In this document: positions 26,715 through 36,218 of the stretch, in pieces
Numbering within the stretch: the first letter of the stretch is position 1
Layout of the letters: the number at the start of each line of letters is the position of its first letter
Assembly (NCBI GenBank): GCA_040006575.1
Contig: JBDTWS010000002.1
Location: 1,380-65,379, forward strand
Reading direction: 5' to 3'
DNA length: 64,000 bases
Source of the DNA: Betaproteobacteria bacterium
GTDB taxonomy: Bacteria; Pseudomonadota; Gammaproteobacteria; Burkholderiales; Usitatibacteraceae
Notes under the pieces: model-generated
The model's database searches: none
Told to the model about the DNA's origin: nothing
The model's input: only the letters and a program-made list of their open reading frames with translations
Made by a program: the position numbers and the translations under genes

Positions 26715-28916
26715 ATGACGCTTCAGCAGGCAGTGGCATCGCTCCAGGCCGGGAATGTCGACAACGCGTTGGCGCAGTTGACGACGCTCGCATCGCAACC
26801 CGCGGCGCCCGTGGAAACCTTCAGCTGGCTGGCTATCGCAAACGTACGTGCGCAACGATTACCGGACGCGGCACGCGCCATCCAGCGTGCTATTGCACTG
26901 GCGCCGGGCAATGCAAATTTCTACCTCACTGCCGCCAATATCCAGCAGGACCTGGGCGATCTTTCATCTGCGGTCGACTTGCTCACACAGTCGATTCGCG
27001 TAGACCCTGCCTTCGCGCAGGGTCACAACAATCTTGGCATCGTCCTCACCGATCTCGGCCGCATTGAAGAAGCAATACCGGCTTTCCGGGAAGCCATCCG
27101 GCTCAATCCTGCGTATGCGCGAGCGTACGCAAACCTGGCTGCTGCACAAGTGCGATCGCTACAGTTTGCAGACGCATTGTCATCTGCACAACGCGCCACC
27201 GAGCTGCAACCCGACTACGCACACGCACACCACCTCCTGGGCAATGCGCTGGTGATGACTGGAAATACCGCCGCTGCAGAGGCCGCGCTCAGGACCGCTA
27301 TCCGGCTGAGGCCCGACTTCGCGGAGGCTTCATTGTTGCTCGTCAAGACACTTACAAAACTGAAGCGCGCCGACGAAGCGGAGCAGGTGTGCCGACAGGC
27401 GTTGTCGCTGACGCCGGGACGGCATGATCTTTGGGCTGCACTGGGTGATATAGCGGCCGAACGCGACGACCTTGCCGAAGCGTTGGGCGCCTACCAGCGC
27501 GCGCTTGAATTGCGTCCGAATGACCTGTCCACCACGACGCGCGCCGCACTGCTGTTGCCCAACATCTACATCAATGAAGCGCACGTCGATGCATGCCGTG
27601 ACCGCATCACCCAAGGCATTGCGCACCTTCACGCCAACGTGGAGGCGCTGACCAAATCGTTTCAGCCGCAGCGCTTCGGCGACGCTATCGCGAATAGTTT
27701 CCTGCTGGCCTACCAGGGACGTGACGACAAGCTGTTGCAACGCGACTACGCCGACTTTGTAGCCAAGGTCGCGGCCCATGCGTTGCCCATGGAAAGTCGG
27801 GCGTCGTTGCACAGCGCCACACAGCGCGCACCTCGCATCCGCATCGGGTTCTGCAGCCGTTTTTTCTATCGCAGCACAGCGGGAAATTACTTCGCCAGCT
27901 GGATCACCGACCTTGATCGCAGCATCTTCGAAATTTTCCTGTATCACTCGCATATTGTTGACGACGATCTCACACGCCGCTTGCGCGGTGCGTCCGACCA
28001 TTTTTTCCAGGCCGAGGAAAATTTTTCCGTGTTGCTGGGGCAGATCCGCAACGACGAACTCGATATCCTGGTCTATCCCGAGATCGGCATGGACAGGACG
28101 GTTTACCTGCTGTCGAGCATGCGACTGGCGCCGGTACAAGTGTGCGGCTGGGGCCATCCCGTGACGCCGGGCCACCGCGCCATCGATTACTATTTTTCCT
28201 GCGAAGCCATGGAGCCGGCGGGTGCGCAGGCACATTACAACGAACAGTTGCGACTGCTGCCCGGCATCGGTACGCGCTATGAGCGCCCGCAGATTTCGCC
28301 GGAAGCATCAGCCAAGACGCGGGCCGATTACCAGCTGCCCGAAGATGCCACGCTGTACCTTTTTCCCCAGTCATTGTTCAAGGTACATCCGGCCAATGAC
28401 CGCCTGCTGGTCACGGCAATTGCCAACGATCCGCGCGGCGTGCTGGTGATGTTCGCCGGGCAGAACGCTGCCGTCACGCAAAAATTCGTCACGCGACTTT
28501 CAGCCGCCTTCGCCGAGTTGGGCCTTGCGGCTCAGGGCCGCGTGAAAATCCTGCCCGGCGTGGGGCACGATGATTACAAACGCATCAACCAGCTGTGCGA
28601 TCTCATGCTGGATACGCTGCACTGGTCAGGCGGCAATACTTCGCTGGATGCGCTTGCAATGGGCCTGCCCATCGTGACGCTGCCGGGTGCTTATATGCGC
28701 GGGCGCCAGACCATGGCGATGCTTAAGCTGATGGGCATCGAAGAACTGATTGCGCAGTCGCCGGAAGAATACCTGGCCATCGCGCTCCGCCTGGGAACTG
28801 ACCGGGAATATCACAATGATATTTCGCGGCGCATCCTGCAGCGTGCTGATCGAATATTCGATGACCCCGAACCCCCGCAAGCGTTGGGCCGGTTACTCGC
28901 TGAACTGCTGCGTTAG
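26715..28916 (+). CDS. TPR + GT41 (OGT/SPINDLY-like) glycosyltransferase
   Basis: ~8 TPRs followed by a GT41-like domain. The stretch MLDTLHWSGGNTSLDALAMGLPIVTLPGAYMRGRQTMAMLKLMGIEELIAQSPEEYLAIALRLGTDREY aligns by eye to the C-terminal catalytic lobe of human OGT. Confidence 0.8.
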   Translation: MTLQQAVASLQAGNVDNALAQLTTLASQPAAPVETFSWLAIANVRAQRLPDAARAIQRAIALAPGNANFYLTAANIQQDLGDLSSAVDLLTQSIRVDPAFAQGHNNLGIVLTDLGRIEEAIPAFREAIRLNPAYARAYANLAAAQVRSLQFADALSSAQRATELQPDYAHAHHLLGNALVMTGNTAAAEAALRTAIRLRPDFAEASLLLVKTLTKLKRADEAEQVCRQALSLTPGRHDLWAALGDIAAERDDLAEALGAYQRALELRPNDLSTTTRAALLLPNIYINEAHVDACRDRITQGIAHLHANVEALTKSFQPQRFGDAIANSFLLAYQGRDDKLLQRDYADFVAKVAAHALPMESRASLHSATQRAPRIRIGFCSRFFYRSTAGNYFASWITDLDRSIFEIFLYHSHIVDDDLTRRLRGASDHFFQAEENFSVLLGQIRNDELDILVYPEIGMDRTVYLLSSMRLAPVQVCGWGHPVTPGHRAIDYYFSCEAMEPAGAQAHYNEQLRLLPGIGTRYERPQISPEASAKTRADYQLPEDATLYLFPQSLFKVHPANDRLLVTAIANDPRGVLVMFAGQNAAVTQKFVTRLSAAFAELGLAAQGRVKILPGVGHDDYKRINQLCDLMLDTLHWSGGNTSLDALAMGLPIVTLPGAYMRGRQTMAMLKLMGIEELIAQSPEEYLAIALRLGTDREYHNDISRRILQRADRIFDDPEPPQALGRLLAELLR

Positions 28917-28920
28917 AAAA

Positions 28921-30078
28921 TTATTTTCGCAATTGCGCGAGGTAAAATTCTTTCAGCAGGCCGTACAGGCGCTCCGCAGAAAACCGGGCTTCAATGCGTT
29001 GGCGCGCCGCTGCCCCCATGTCCTTGGCACGCTGCGGATTCTCCAGCAGGGCTTGCATCGCGTTGACCAGTTCGTCCACCGCGCCCGCAGCGAATAGCAC
29101 GCCGGTCTTGCCGTCCTCGATGGAATCCACCAGTCCCACAATGCGTGAGCCGATAGCAGGAACGCCGGATGCCGCGGCATCGATCACGATCGAACCGAAT
29201 CCTTCACGGAAACTGGGCAGGCACAACACGTCGGTGACCGCGAGATACGCTTCATGGTCTACCACGCGCTCGACCTCGATCACACGTTCGAAAAGCTGTG
29301 GCGAACGCGCTTTCAACGCCAACAATTCGCCTGCGGACTCGTCGGGGCCGACGAACAACAGTCGCGCCCGCGGATGTGATGCGGCCAGTGGTGCAAACGC
29401 CCGCACCATGTCGAGTGCACCCTTATCGCGGCTCTTGCGCGCGATAAAAGCAAAAACAAAATCTTGTTCACCAAGCCCAAATTTCTTGCGCAGGCGTTCG
29501 ACCACCAATGGGTCACGTGGAAAAGAAAATCGCGTCAAGTCCACGCCCGACAGCGAACCCTCGCCGAGGACAGGCAGGGCTTTCGCGTCATGTGCGAAAC
29601 CGTGCTCAAGGAGAAATTCGGATTGCGACCGGCTGTCGGTCAGGCAGACGCTGTTCAGCGCATTGATCAACCTGTCGAGCCCATAAAGCAGGAAGCCGCC
29701 GACGGGATGCTGGTTGACCCAGGTCTGCCCCGTAAATGTGTGCATGCGGACGGGCACCCTGGCGGCAAAGCCGGCGAAGGCAGCGAGCAAACCCGCCTTG
29801 GGCATGATCGAATGAACAACATCGGGCCGGTTCTTTTGAAAAAAGCGATATAACGCCCACAGTGACGACACATCCGCGAGCGGGCTGAACTTGCGGTTCA
29901 GGTTGATATCCACCCACTGCACGCCGGGATAGTTTTCACGATTGGTCGAAACATCCTGGCCGATAACGGTCACCTCAAAATCATCGGTCATGCGCAGCAG
30001 CGTGTTGTGAAGATGCCACGGCACCACATAGGAGGCGGTGACCACGCGAACGATCTGGGGTTTGCGATTATTCTCCAC
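28921..30078 (-). CDS. glycosyltransferase family 4 (GT-B)
   Basis: C-terminal EGFGSIVIDAAASGVPAIGS (E-x7-E-type GT4 motif). The likely GTG start at 30078 overlaps the upstream epimerase stop. The ORF track extension to 30204 would overlap that gene. Confidence 0.85.
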   Translation of the reverse strand: MENNRKPQIVRVVTASYVVPWHLHNTLLRMTDDFEVTVIGQDVSTNRENYPGVQWVDINLNRKFSPLADVSSLWALYRFFQKNRPDVVHSIMPKAGLLAAFAGFAARVPVRMHTFTGQTWVNQHPVGGFLLYGLDRLINALNSVCLTDSRSQSEFLLEHGFAHDAKALPVLGEGSLSGVDLTRFSFPRDPLVVERLRKKFGLGEQDFVFAFIARKSRDKGALDMVRAFAPLAASHPRARLLFVGPDESAGELLALKARSPQLFERVIEVERVVDHEAYLAVTDVLCLPSFREGFGSIVIDAAASGVPAIGSRIVGLVDSIEDGKTGVLFAAGAVDELVNAMQALLENPQRAKDMGAAARQRIEARFSAERLYGLLKEFYLAQLRK

Positions 30079-31057
30079 GGGACAATCCAGTGCGCCATTG
30101 ATGTACGAGTTCAGCGATGCCGTTCTCCATGCTGGTCCTGTTCTTGAAGCCCAGCTCTGTTTCGATCCTGCCTGTGCGGTAGATCGTTGGATCAGTGAGC
30201 GCATCGATACGCGACGCAGTCAGCGGAAATCCTGGAACGATACCGCCCAACAGTGCCGCAAGCCGGGCCAACGACTCCGGAACGGTGACACGTGGCGGCG
30301 CCTTCTCCAATGCGCCGGAAATGATGCCGACGAAATCACGCAATCTTCGGAAGTCCGAGACGATATAGGCCTTCGCGTTGCCGGGCAGGTTTGCTGTTCC
30401 GCAATGCGCCAGCGCGTCCACTACATTGTCGACGTGCACGTAGTTCGCGACGGCGTCTTTCGCATTGCCTTTTGAGCCGATAAAAAAGAACATTCCCCTG
30501 TCGATCATCCGGATCAGCTGGAACAGAGACTGATTGGACATGTCTGTGCCGTACACATTTGAGGGGCGCACGATAACGCATGACAGGTTGTGCCGCCCGG
30601 CAAAATCGACAACTTGCCGGTCCGCCGCTTCCTTGGAAATTTCATATGCATTTTCAGGATGTACCGTCGTTTCCTCAGTGACTTCAAAAGACGTTTGCGT
30701 GTCCTGTCCGTTACGTGCGCGACGCCCATACACGCCAGTGCTGCTCAACTGAACCCAGCGCCCAACGTTGCCCTGTGCAGCCGCGAGCAAATTTTCCGTA
30801 CCGCGCAGATTGGTGTCGTGCATTTTTTTTTCATCACGCAACTCTGCGGCGCAGTGATACACGATGTCTGCACCTTCGACGAACTCGCGAAGTGACACCG
30901 AGGGCAACGCGAGGTCGCCGGTAAATGTGCGGATACCCGGCGCGCTGGCGGTCGGCTGGCCGCGCGAGAGTACACGAACCGTATCTCCCCTGTTGACGTG
31001 ATGGGCAAGCAGGCGTTTGCCGATAAATCCCGTGCCACCGGTTACGGCGACGATCAC
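30068..31057 (-). CDS. NAD-dependent epimerase/dehydratase (extended SDR)
   Basis: MIVAVTGGTGFIGKRL Rossmann loop; YEISK (YxxxK). Confidence 0.85.
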   Translation of the reverse strand: MIVAVTGGTGFIGKRLLAHHVNRGDTVRVLSRGQPTASAPGIRTFTGDLALPSVSLREFVEGADIVYHCAAELRDEKKMHDTNLRGTENLLAAAQGNVGRWVQLSSTGVYGRRARNGQDTQTSFEVTEETTVHPENAYEISKEAADRQVVDFAGRHNLSCVIVRPSNVYGTDMSNQSLFQLIRMIDRGMFFFIGSKGNAKDAVANYVHVDNVVDALAHCGTANLPGNAKAYIVSDFRRLRDFVGIISGALEKAPPRVTVPESLARLAALLGGIVPGFPLTASRIDALTDPTIYRTGRIETELGFKNRTSMENGIAELVHQWRTGLSRGE

Positions 31058-31098
31058 GATTTCAATCCGGTGTTTATTACGCGGCTACGCATGAACGC

Positions 31099-32049
31099 TC
31101 AATAGCGATTCAGCAGGATCAACATGCGCTGCGCAAAATCATCCAGCGGTTTCTGGCGCCAGACTTTGCCGCTCATCGCCAGCGACAGGCGTTGCCTGAA
31201 CGCCGATCGAGCGCCTGTGAATTTCTCGACCAGCCTGCGCGGTGCGACGGGCATGCGATCACGAAACGTTTCAAGGAAAGTGATTGCCTGATCGCTTTGC
31301 CAATGCAGCCCGGGCCCGCGCCCTGAAAACCGCCGCAGTTTACGGGCCCACGCGTGCGAGCCCGCTGCGTCCGCGCCGAAGGCATTGCTGCCGTGTTGGC
31401 GGTATTGGATGGTGGGCTGTTCGTCGTACAAAACGCTGCCGAAACACGACACCACCGCATAGCACCACCAGTCATGAATCAGCACGCGCGCGGGAAGATT
31501 TGTCGCCACCAGTTCAGACGCCGCGCGATTGAGCATGATCGTACAACCGACCGCAATATTCTCGACCAGTGCATTGCCGAATCCTGTCTTGCCGGGCAGG
31601 GGCGTGAGTCCCAGCGGATTCAGGTCGGCATCCACCAGTGCGAGCCGGCTGCAGTACATGACGGGTGCTTCGACCGTGGAAGATGAGAGCACCGCGACCG
31701 CGCGCGCTATTTTGTCCGGCGACCAGATATCGTCCTGATCGCAAAACGCGATGTAGCCGGCGCTGTCCGCAACGGCTAGGCGAAGTAATTCGAGGAAGCT
31801 GCGAGCCGCACCCAGGTTGGGTCCGCTCGCGAGGATTTCGATGCGGCCGGCCGCTCGCGCCTTTTCAAGAATCTCCGCAGTGCCGTCGGATGATCCATCG
31901 TCACGCACCAGGATTCGCGCGGGTGCATGGGTCTGCGCATACAGCGAATCGAGCTGTGCCTGCAGAAAATCCTCGCCATTGAACGTCGACAGCAGAACCG
32001 TCACGTCGTCGACAGGGGCTTCAGTGGCGAGGGGCCGGCGTGTGTTCAT
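31099..32049 (-). CDS. glycosyltransferase family 2
   Basis: VTVLLSTFNGEDFL, VRDDGSSDGT and a CDQDD motif: GT-A DxD architecture, rhamnosyltransferase-like. Confidence 0.85.
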   Translation of the reverse strand: MNTRRPLATEAPVDDVTVLLSTFNGEDFLQAQLDSLYAQTHAPARILVRDDGSSDGTAEILEKARAAGRIEILASGPNLGAARSFLELLRLAVADSAGYIAFCDQDDIWSPDKIARAVAVLSSSTVEAPVMYCSRLALVDADLNPLGLTPLPGKTGFGNALVENIAVGCTIMLNRAASELVATNLPARVLIHDWWCYAVVSCFGSVLYDEQPTIQYRQHGSNAFGADAAGSHAWARKLRRFSGRGPGLHWQSDQAITFLETFRDRMPVAPRRLVEKFTGARSAFRQRLSLAMSGKVWRQKPLDDFAQRMLILLNRY

Positions 32050-32328
32050 TTCGCTTTTTCAGGCAGGGTTTTCCGGACGTGCGCGGCAGCGGCGGCAACG
32101 CGCACCGTGACGCGCACCGTGACCATTACGCGCGAGGATAGCATGGGGGTTTCGCCTGTATTGAACGTGCGCCAGACAGTAACCCGCTTGCTGAAAACTC
32201 AATAATTTTAGTCTAAACTCTAGCGCTGGCGCACTTTGCAGGTCACAAATGCCCGGAAAGGTGCGCCAATGCTAGACTTTGAGTTTCGATTTTGGCGACC
32301 AGTCACATTTTGCCGATAGCGAGAACGG

Positions 32329-33177
32329 CTACGGATGCGGCGCGTTTTCCCCGACCAGTCGTTTCAGGTAACGAACCGCATGATTGCCGCCGATTCGCCG
32401 GTCGAGCGCAGCAAGGACGACGAGCGCCAGGTCGTGCGACGCAAGCACATCGTGTGCGAGCACCGCGTATTTCCGCAGCTTGGTCACATCGAGACTATCC
32501 AGTTGCATCCAGTCGCGCACATAAAACGCGTCCGACCAGAGCATCTGCCGTACGCCCTGGTTGACGTCGTTGTTCAGGATGAGCGGCTTGAACGCGCGGC
32601 CGCCAAAACCGTTAAAGGTATGGAATTGGAATTGCCGCCCGCGCAGGAACGTATCAACATCGGCAAACAGCGGCTGCCCTTCATACATCTGCACGAATTC
32701 AACTTCGGTCTCTATCAGCAGAGTGCCGGAAAGTGCGCGCAGCGCATTGCGGAATATCGACAGCTCGGCGCCCTGCACATCGATCTTGATGTAATCGACG
32801 TCGGTGATGTCGGCAATGTCGTCGAGGCGAACCGTATTGACCGGATGTTCGGCGACCGGAGTCATCAGTTCGGCAAGGTTCTGGAATTTTGACAGCAGCG
32901 GCATGTTGGGTTTGTAGAGCGAACCCGTCAGCACCCAGTTGGTTTCGTGGAAAGTGCCGGCCTGGCCATCGCCCACCCAATACGGAAAGAAGCGGTGGGG
33001 TTCGCCGTAACGCCGGTTGAGTTTTTCGCACTCTGTGGCGTTGGGTTCAAAGCCGATGATGCGCGCCCGGCCTGCATCCACCAGCGATTGATAGGATGGG
33101 CGCTCATCCAGCGCCGCGCCAATATCGACGATATTGATCTGAAATGGTTCGGGAAAAAACTCAAGCAAACTCCACAT
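32329..33177 (-). CDS. FkbM-family SAM-dependent methyltransferase
   Basis: INIVDIGAAL...IIGFEPNATECEKL...IDYIKIDVQGAEL, the pattern typical of the FkbM family. Confidence 0.8.
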   Translation of the reverse strand: MWSLLEFFPEPFQINIVDIGAALDERPSYQSLVDAGRARIIGFEPNATECEKLNRRYGEPHRFFPYWVGDGQAGTFHETNWVLTGSLYKPNMPLLSKFQNLAELMTPVAEHPVNTVRLDDIADITDVDYIKIDVQGAELSIFRNALRALSGTLLIETEVEFVQMYEGQPLFADVDTFLRGRQFQFHTFNGFGGRAFKPLILNNDVNQGVRQMLWSDAFYVRDWMQLDSLDVTKLRKYAVLAHDVLASHDLALVVLAALDRRIGGNHAVRYLKRLVGENAPHP

Positions 33178-33283
33178 CGGTCTCGCCTCGACAGACTAAT
33201 AATTCATGAGCGGTGATGTTGTGAGCAACACATGAACCTGTGGCCGCAATGACTTCGCTTGCCCGTGGCCTGCACGCCGGCGA

Positions 33284-35029
33284 TCACGCCCCCGCAAACT
33301 GCATCCGCTGCAACACCGAATACGTGCCGTTCCGCGCCAGCAGCTCGGCGTGCGAACCGATCTCCGCGATGCGGCCATTCTCCATCACCACAATGCGATC
33401 CGCGTTTTCGATGGTGGACAGGCGATGCGCCACGACCAGTGTGGTGCGCCCCTTCATCAAGGTGTCCAGCGCACTTTGCACCGCACGTTCCGATTCGCTG
33501 TCCAGCGCAGACGTCGCTTCATCGAGCAGCAGGATCGGCGCGTCCTTGAAAATGGCGCGCGCGATGGCCAGGCGCTGGCGCTGGCCGCCGGAAAGACGCG
33601 AGCCGTTGTCGCCGATATTGGTATCAAATCCATCGGGCAGGGCGTTGATGAAATCGATGCAGTGCGCGGCTTCGGCGGCGCGGCGGATTTTGTCCTTGTC
33701 GGCTGCCGCATCTGCGCTCACGCCGTAGGCAATATTGGCTGCGACCGAATCATTGAACAGCACCACATCCTGGCTCACCAGCGCGATCTGCCGCCGCAGG
33801 TCGGTCAGTTTGATATCCGCCAGCGCGTGCCCGTCCAGCGTAATGCCGCCGGCAGTGGGCGTGAAGAAGCGCGGCAGCAGATTGATAAGGCTGGTCTTCC
33901 CACCCCCTGATGGGCCGACCAGTGCGACAGTCTCACCGGGTGAAATGGTCAACGTGACGTCGTGCAATGCGGGTGCGGTCTGGTTTTCGTATTGCAGGCC
34001 CACGCCGCTGAAATCGATGCGCCCCTGTGCGCGATCGAGTGAAATGCTGCCGGTGTCCACTTCAGTCTGCGTGTCGATCAGGGCGAACACGCTCTCTGCT
34101 GAAGCCAGTCCCTTTTGAATCTGCTCACCCACACCGGTGAGGCCCTTCAATTGCGGAATAAGGCCCGCCGCCGCGACGATGTAGGTGATGAAGTCCGGCA
34201 GTTCAAGGCCCGTGCCCAGTGTGCGGCTCGCGGCGAGATACACAATCGAGGCGATGGCGATCGACACCACCAGGTGCGTGAACGGCGTGCCCGCAGCCGC
34301 AGCCGCGCCGTGCTTCACGTTCAGGCTGCGAATCCGGTTGGCGGCCGCATCGAAGCGCTTCGCTTCATACGCTTCACCGCCGAACACCTTGATCACCTTG
34401 TGGCCGCGAATCGATTCTTCCAGCACGCTGGTGATGGCGCCCTGTGCCACCTGCGCCTCACGGCTGATCTTGCGCAGGCGGCGATTGAACGCGCCGATGA
34501 TGAGCGCCAGTATCGGCACCGCGGCGAAAATAATCAGCGTCAGTTTCCAGCTGATCACAAACATCCACACCAGCGCGCCGACCAGCGTCACGCTGCCGCG
34601 CACCAGCGCGGTCAGGGTGTTGGTGGTCGCCTCAAGAATGCCCAGCACGTCGTAGGTCACTTTCGACATCAGCGCCCCGGTCGAGGTGCCGCTGAAAAAC
34701 GGTTCCGGCAGGCGGATGACGCGCTGGAACATGCGGCTGCGCAAATCCATGATGACGCGATTTCCCACCCACTGCATGCCGTAACCCGACGCAAAATTGG
34801 ATATGCCCGTGATCATGAAAATTACCACAATGCCGAACGAGGCAATGAGCGCATATTGCGACTGGCCCTGTGCGAACAGCATGTCCAGCAGCCAGTTCAG
34901 GAATGGCAGGAACAGCGCCTGTGCCGCACCGCCGACCATCATCGCGAACACCGCCCCCGCAAATACCAGGCGATAGGGTTTCACATGCGTCAGCATGCGG
35001 GCGTACAGCGCGCGATTAGTGGCGTTCAT
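33284..35029 (-). CDS. msbA: lipid A export ATP-binding/permease protein
   Basis: Six-TM domain plus NBD with GPSGGGKTSL, LSGGQRQRLAIARA and ILLLDEATSALD. The ATG at 35029 (MNATNRALYARML) is preferred over the ORF-track start at 35107. Confidence 0.9.
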   Translation of the reverse strand: MNATNRALYARMLTHVKPYRLVFAGAVFAMMVGGAAQALFLPFLNWLLDMLFAQGQSQYALIASFGIVVIFMITGISNFASGYGMQWVGNRVIMDLRSRMFQRVIRLPEPFFSGTSTGALMSKVTYDVLGILEATTNTLTALVRGSVTLVGALVWMFVISWKLTLIIFAAVPILALIIGAFNRRLRKISREAQVAQGAITSVLEESIRGHKVIKVFGGEAYEAKRFDAAANRIRSLNVKHGAAAAAGTPFTHLVVSIAIASIVYLAASRTLGTGLELPDFITYIVAAAGLIPQLKGLTGVGEQIQKGLASAESVFALIDTQTEVDTGSISLDRAQGRIDFSGVGLQYENQTAPALHDVTLTISPGETVALVGPSGGGKTSLINLLPRFFTPTAGGITLDGHALADIKLTDLRRQIALVSQDVVLFNDSVAANIAYGVSADAAADKDKIRRAAEAAHCIDFINALPDGFDTNIGDNGSRLSGGQRQRLAIARAIFKDAPILLLDEATSALDSESERAVQSALDTLMKGRTTLVVAHRLSTIENADRIVVMENGRIAEIGSHAELLARNGTYSVLQRMQFAGA

Positions 35030-36218
35030 GGTGCAATGATATGACGTGATGACCCGGCTGGGAGAAAGCGATATCTTCCGGACGCGGGTTGTCAGACAGC
35101 AGGACATTCACCGCGTCGAGCACCAGTCCTACGCCGAGCTTGTCCAGGCAATCGCTGCGGCTGTTGATATGGCGCTCGCAACCTTCAAGCATGCACGGCA
35201 CGCAATCGCCAGGCCCCTGCAACAGGATCACATTGCCGCGCCGGCCACTGCCGCGCCGCGCCCAAGGGCTGGTGAGTGAAGTCCAACCGTGCGGCCATGG
35301 CCCCCACTTCACCGGGTTTGACGGGCCGAACAACGTCACGACCGGCACGCCGGTAGCTGCCGCAATATGCGTGACGGCGGTGTCGGGTCCCACATACAGC
35401 TTCGACAGGCGAATGATTTCGGCGGTCTCCGCCAGCGATAGCGTGCCGGCCATGTTCAGCACACCCGCGGGCAACTTTGCTGCGATTTCATTTGCATATG
35501 AGACTTCAGCAGGATCTGCGCTGCCGGTCAGCACAATCTGCGATCCGCGCGCCATCAATGCATTGCCCAGCGCAATCCACGCATCCTGTGGCCACATCTT
35601 GTAGCGAAATTTGGGGTAGGGGTGCAGCACCGCGAAAGGTGCGTCCTGAAATCCGTCAAGGCGATTCCTGAGGGCGCCGAGATGATAGGGGCTGATCGAA
35701 GGTGGCACTACTTCAGTCACCGGCGCAATGCCGAGCGCCTCGGCGAGGCGCAATCCGGTGGTGACGGTATGGGTATCGAGGTCATCAAATACCAGCGCCT
35801 CGCTCAACAGCAATTTCTTGAAGCGCTCCTGCAACGTAGGTTTCGTCGCGCTCTTACGCTTTGGTGGCGCGCCCAGATAGCCGATGCGATAGCGGCCCGC
35901 CACCCAGCCGTAAATGCGCGCGCGGTCGGTGGGGATGGGCGCCACGGCGAGGTCGTATTGCCGCCACAGCCGGCGAAACAGCCGCAACTTTTCAGCGAAG
36001 CTGTCGCTGCGCGGCACGGTAATAATTTCCGCGATATCCGCATTGCCTTCGATGGCGCCCTCGGTGCCCTGGAAAACCAGCACGTCGATGCGCGTTTCCG
36101 GCCAGGCGCGTTTCATCGATCGCACCAGCGGTGTCGTCAGCAGCACGTCACCAATGCGTTGCGGGCACGAGACCAGCACGCGCGCAGGAGCGTTTCCGGC
36201 AAAGCGCGGCGATTTCAT
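35016..36218 (-). CDS. glycosyltransferase family 9 (LPS heptosyltransferase-like)
   Basis: RVLVSCPQRIGDVLLTTPLVRSMKRAWPETRIDVLV is the GT9 N-terminal signature. ATG at 36218 overlaps the upstream gene's stop (ATGA). The longer ORF-track N-terminus is probably spurious. Confidence 0.85.
   Translation of the reverse strand: MKSPRFAGNAPARVLVSCPQRIGDVLLTTPLVRSMKRAWPETRIDVLVFQGTEGAIEGNADIAEIITVPRSDSFAEKLRLFRRLWRQYDLAVAPIPTDRARIYGWVAGRYRIGYLGAPPKRKSATKPTLQERFKKLLLSEALVFDDLDTHTVTTGLRLAEALGIAPVTEVVPPSISPYHLGALRNRLDGFQDAPFAVLHPYPKFRYKMWPQDAWIALGNALMARGSQIVLTGSADPAEVSYANEIAAKLPAGVLNMAGTLSLAETAEIIRLSKLYVGPDTAVTHIAAATGVPVVTLFGPSNPVKWGPWPHGWTSLTSPWARRGSGRRGNVILLQGPGDCVPCMLEGCERHINSRSDCLDKLGVGLVLDAVNVLLSDNPRPEDIAFSQPGHHVISLHHERH

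Noticed and set aside
32098-32121. Short tandem duplications in intergenic DNA: ACGCGCACCGTG x2 at 32098-32121 (upstream of the GT2 gene) and CCAATCCCG x2 at 21421-21438 (between wzm and wzt).
   Set aside because: There are only two copies of very short units, which is consistent with slippage. There is no dyad symmetry or known binding-site match. They might be worth a look only if conserved in relatives.
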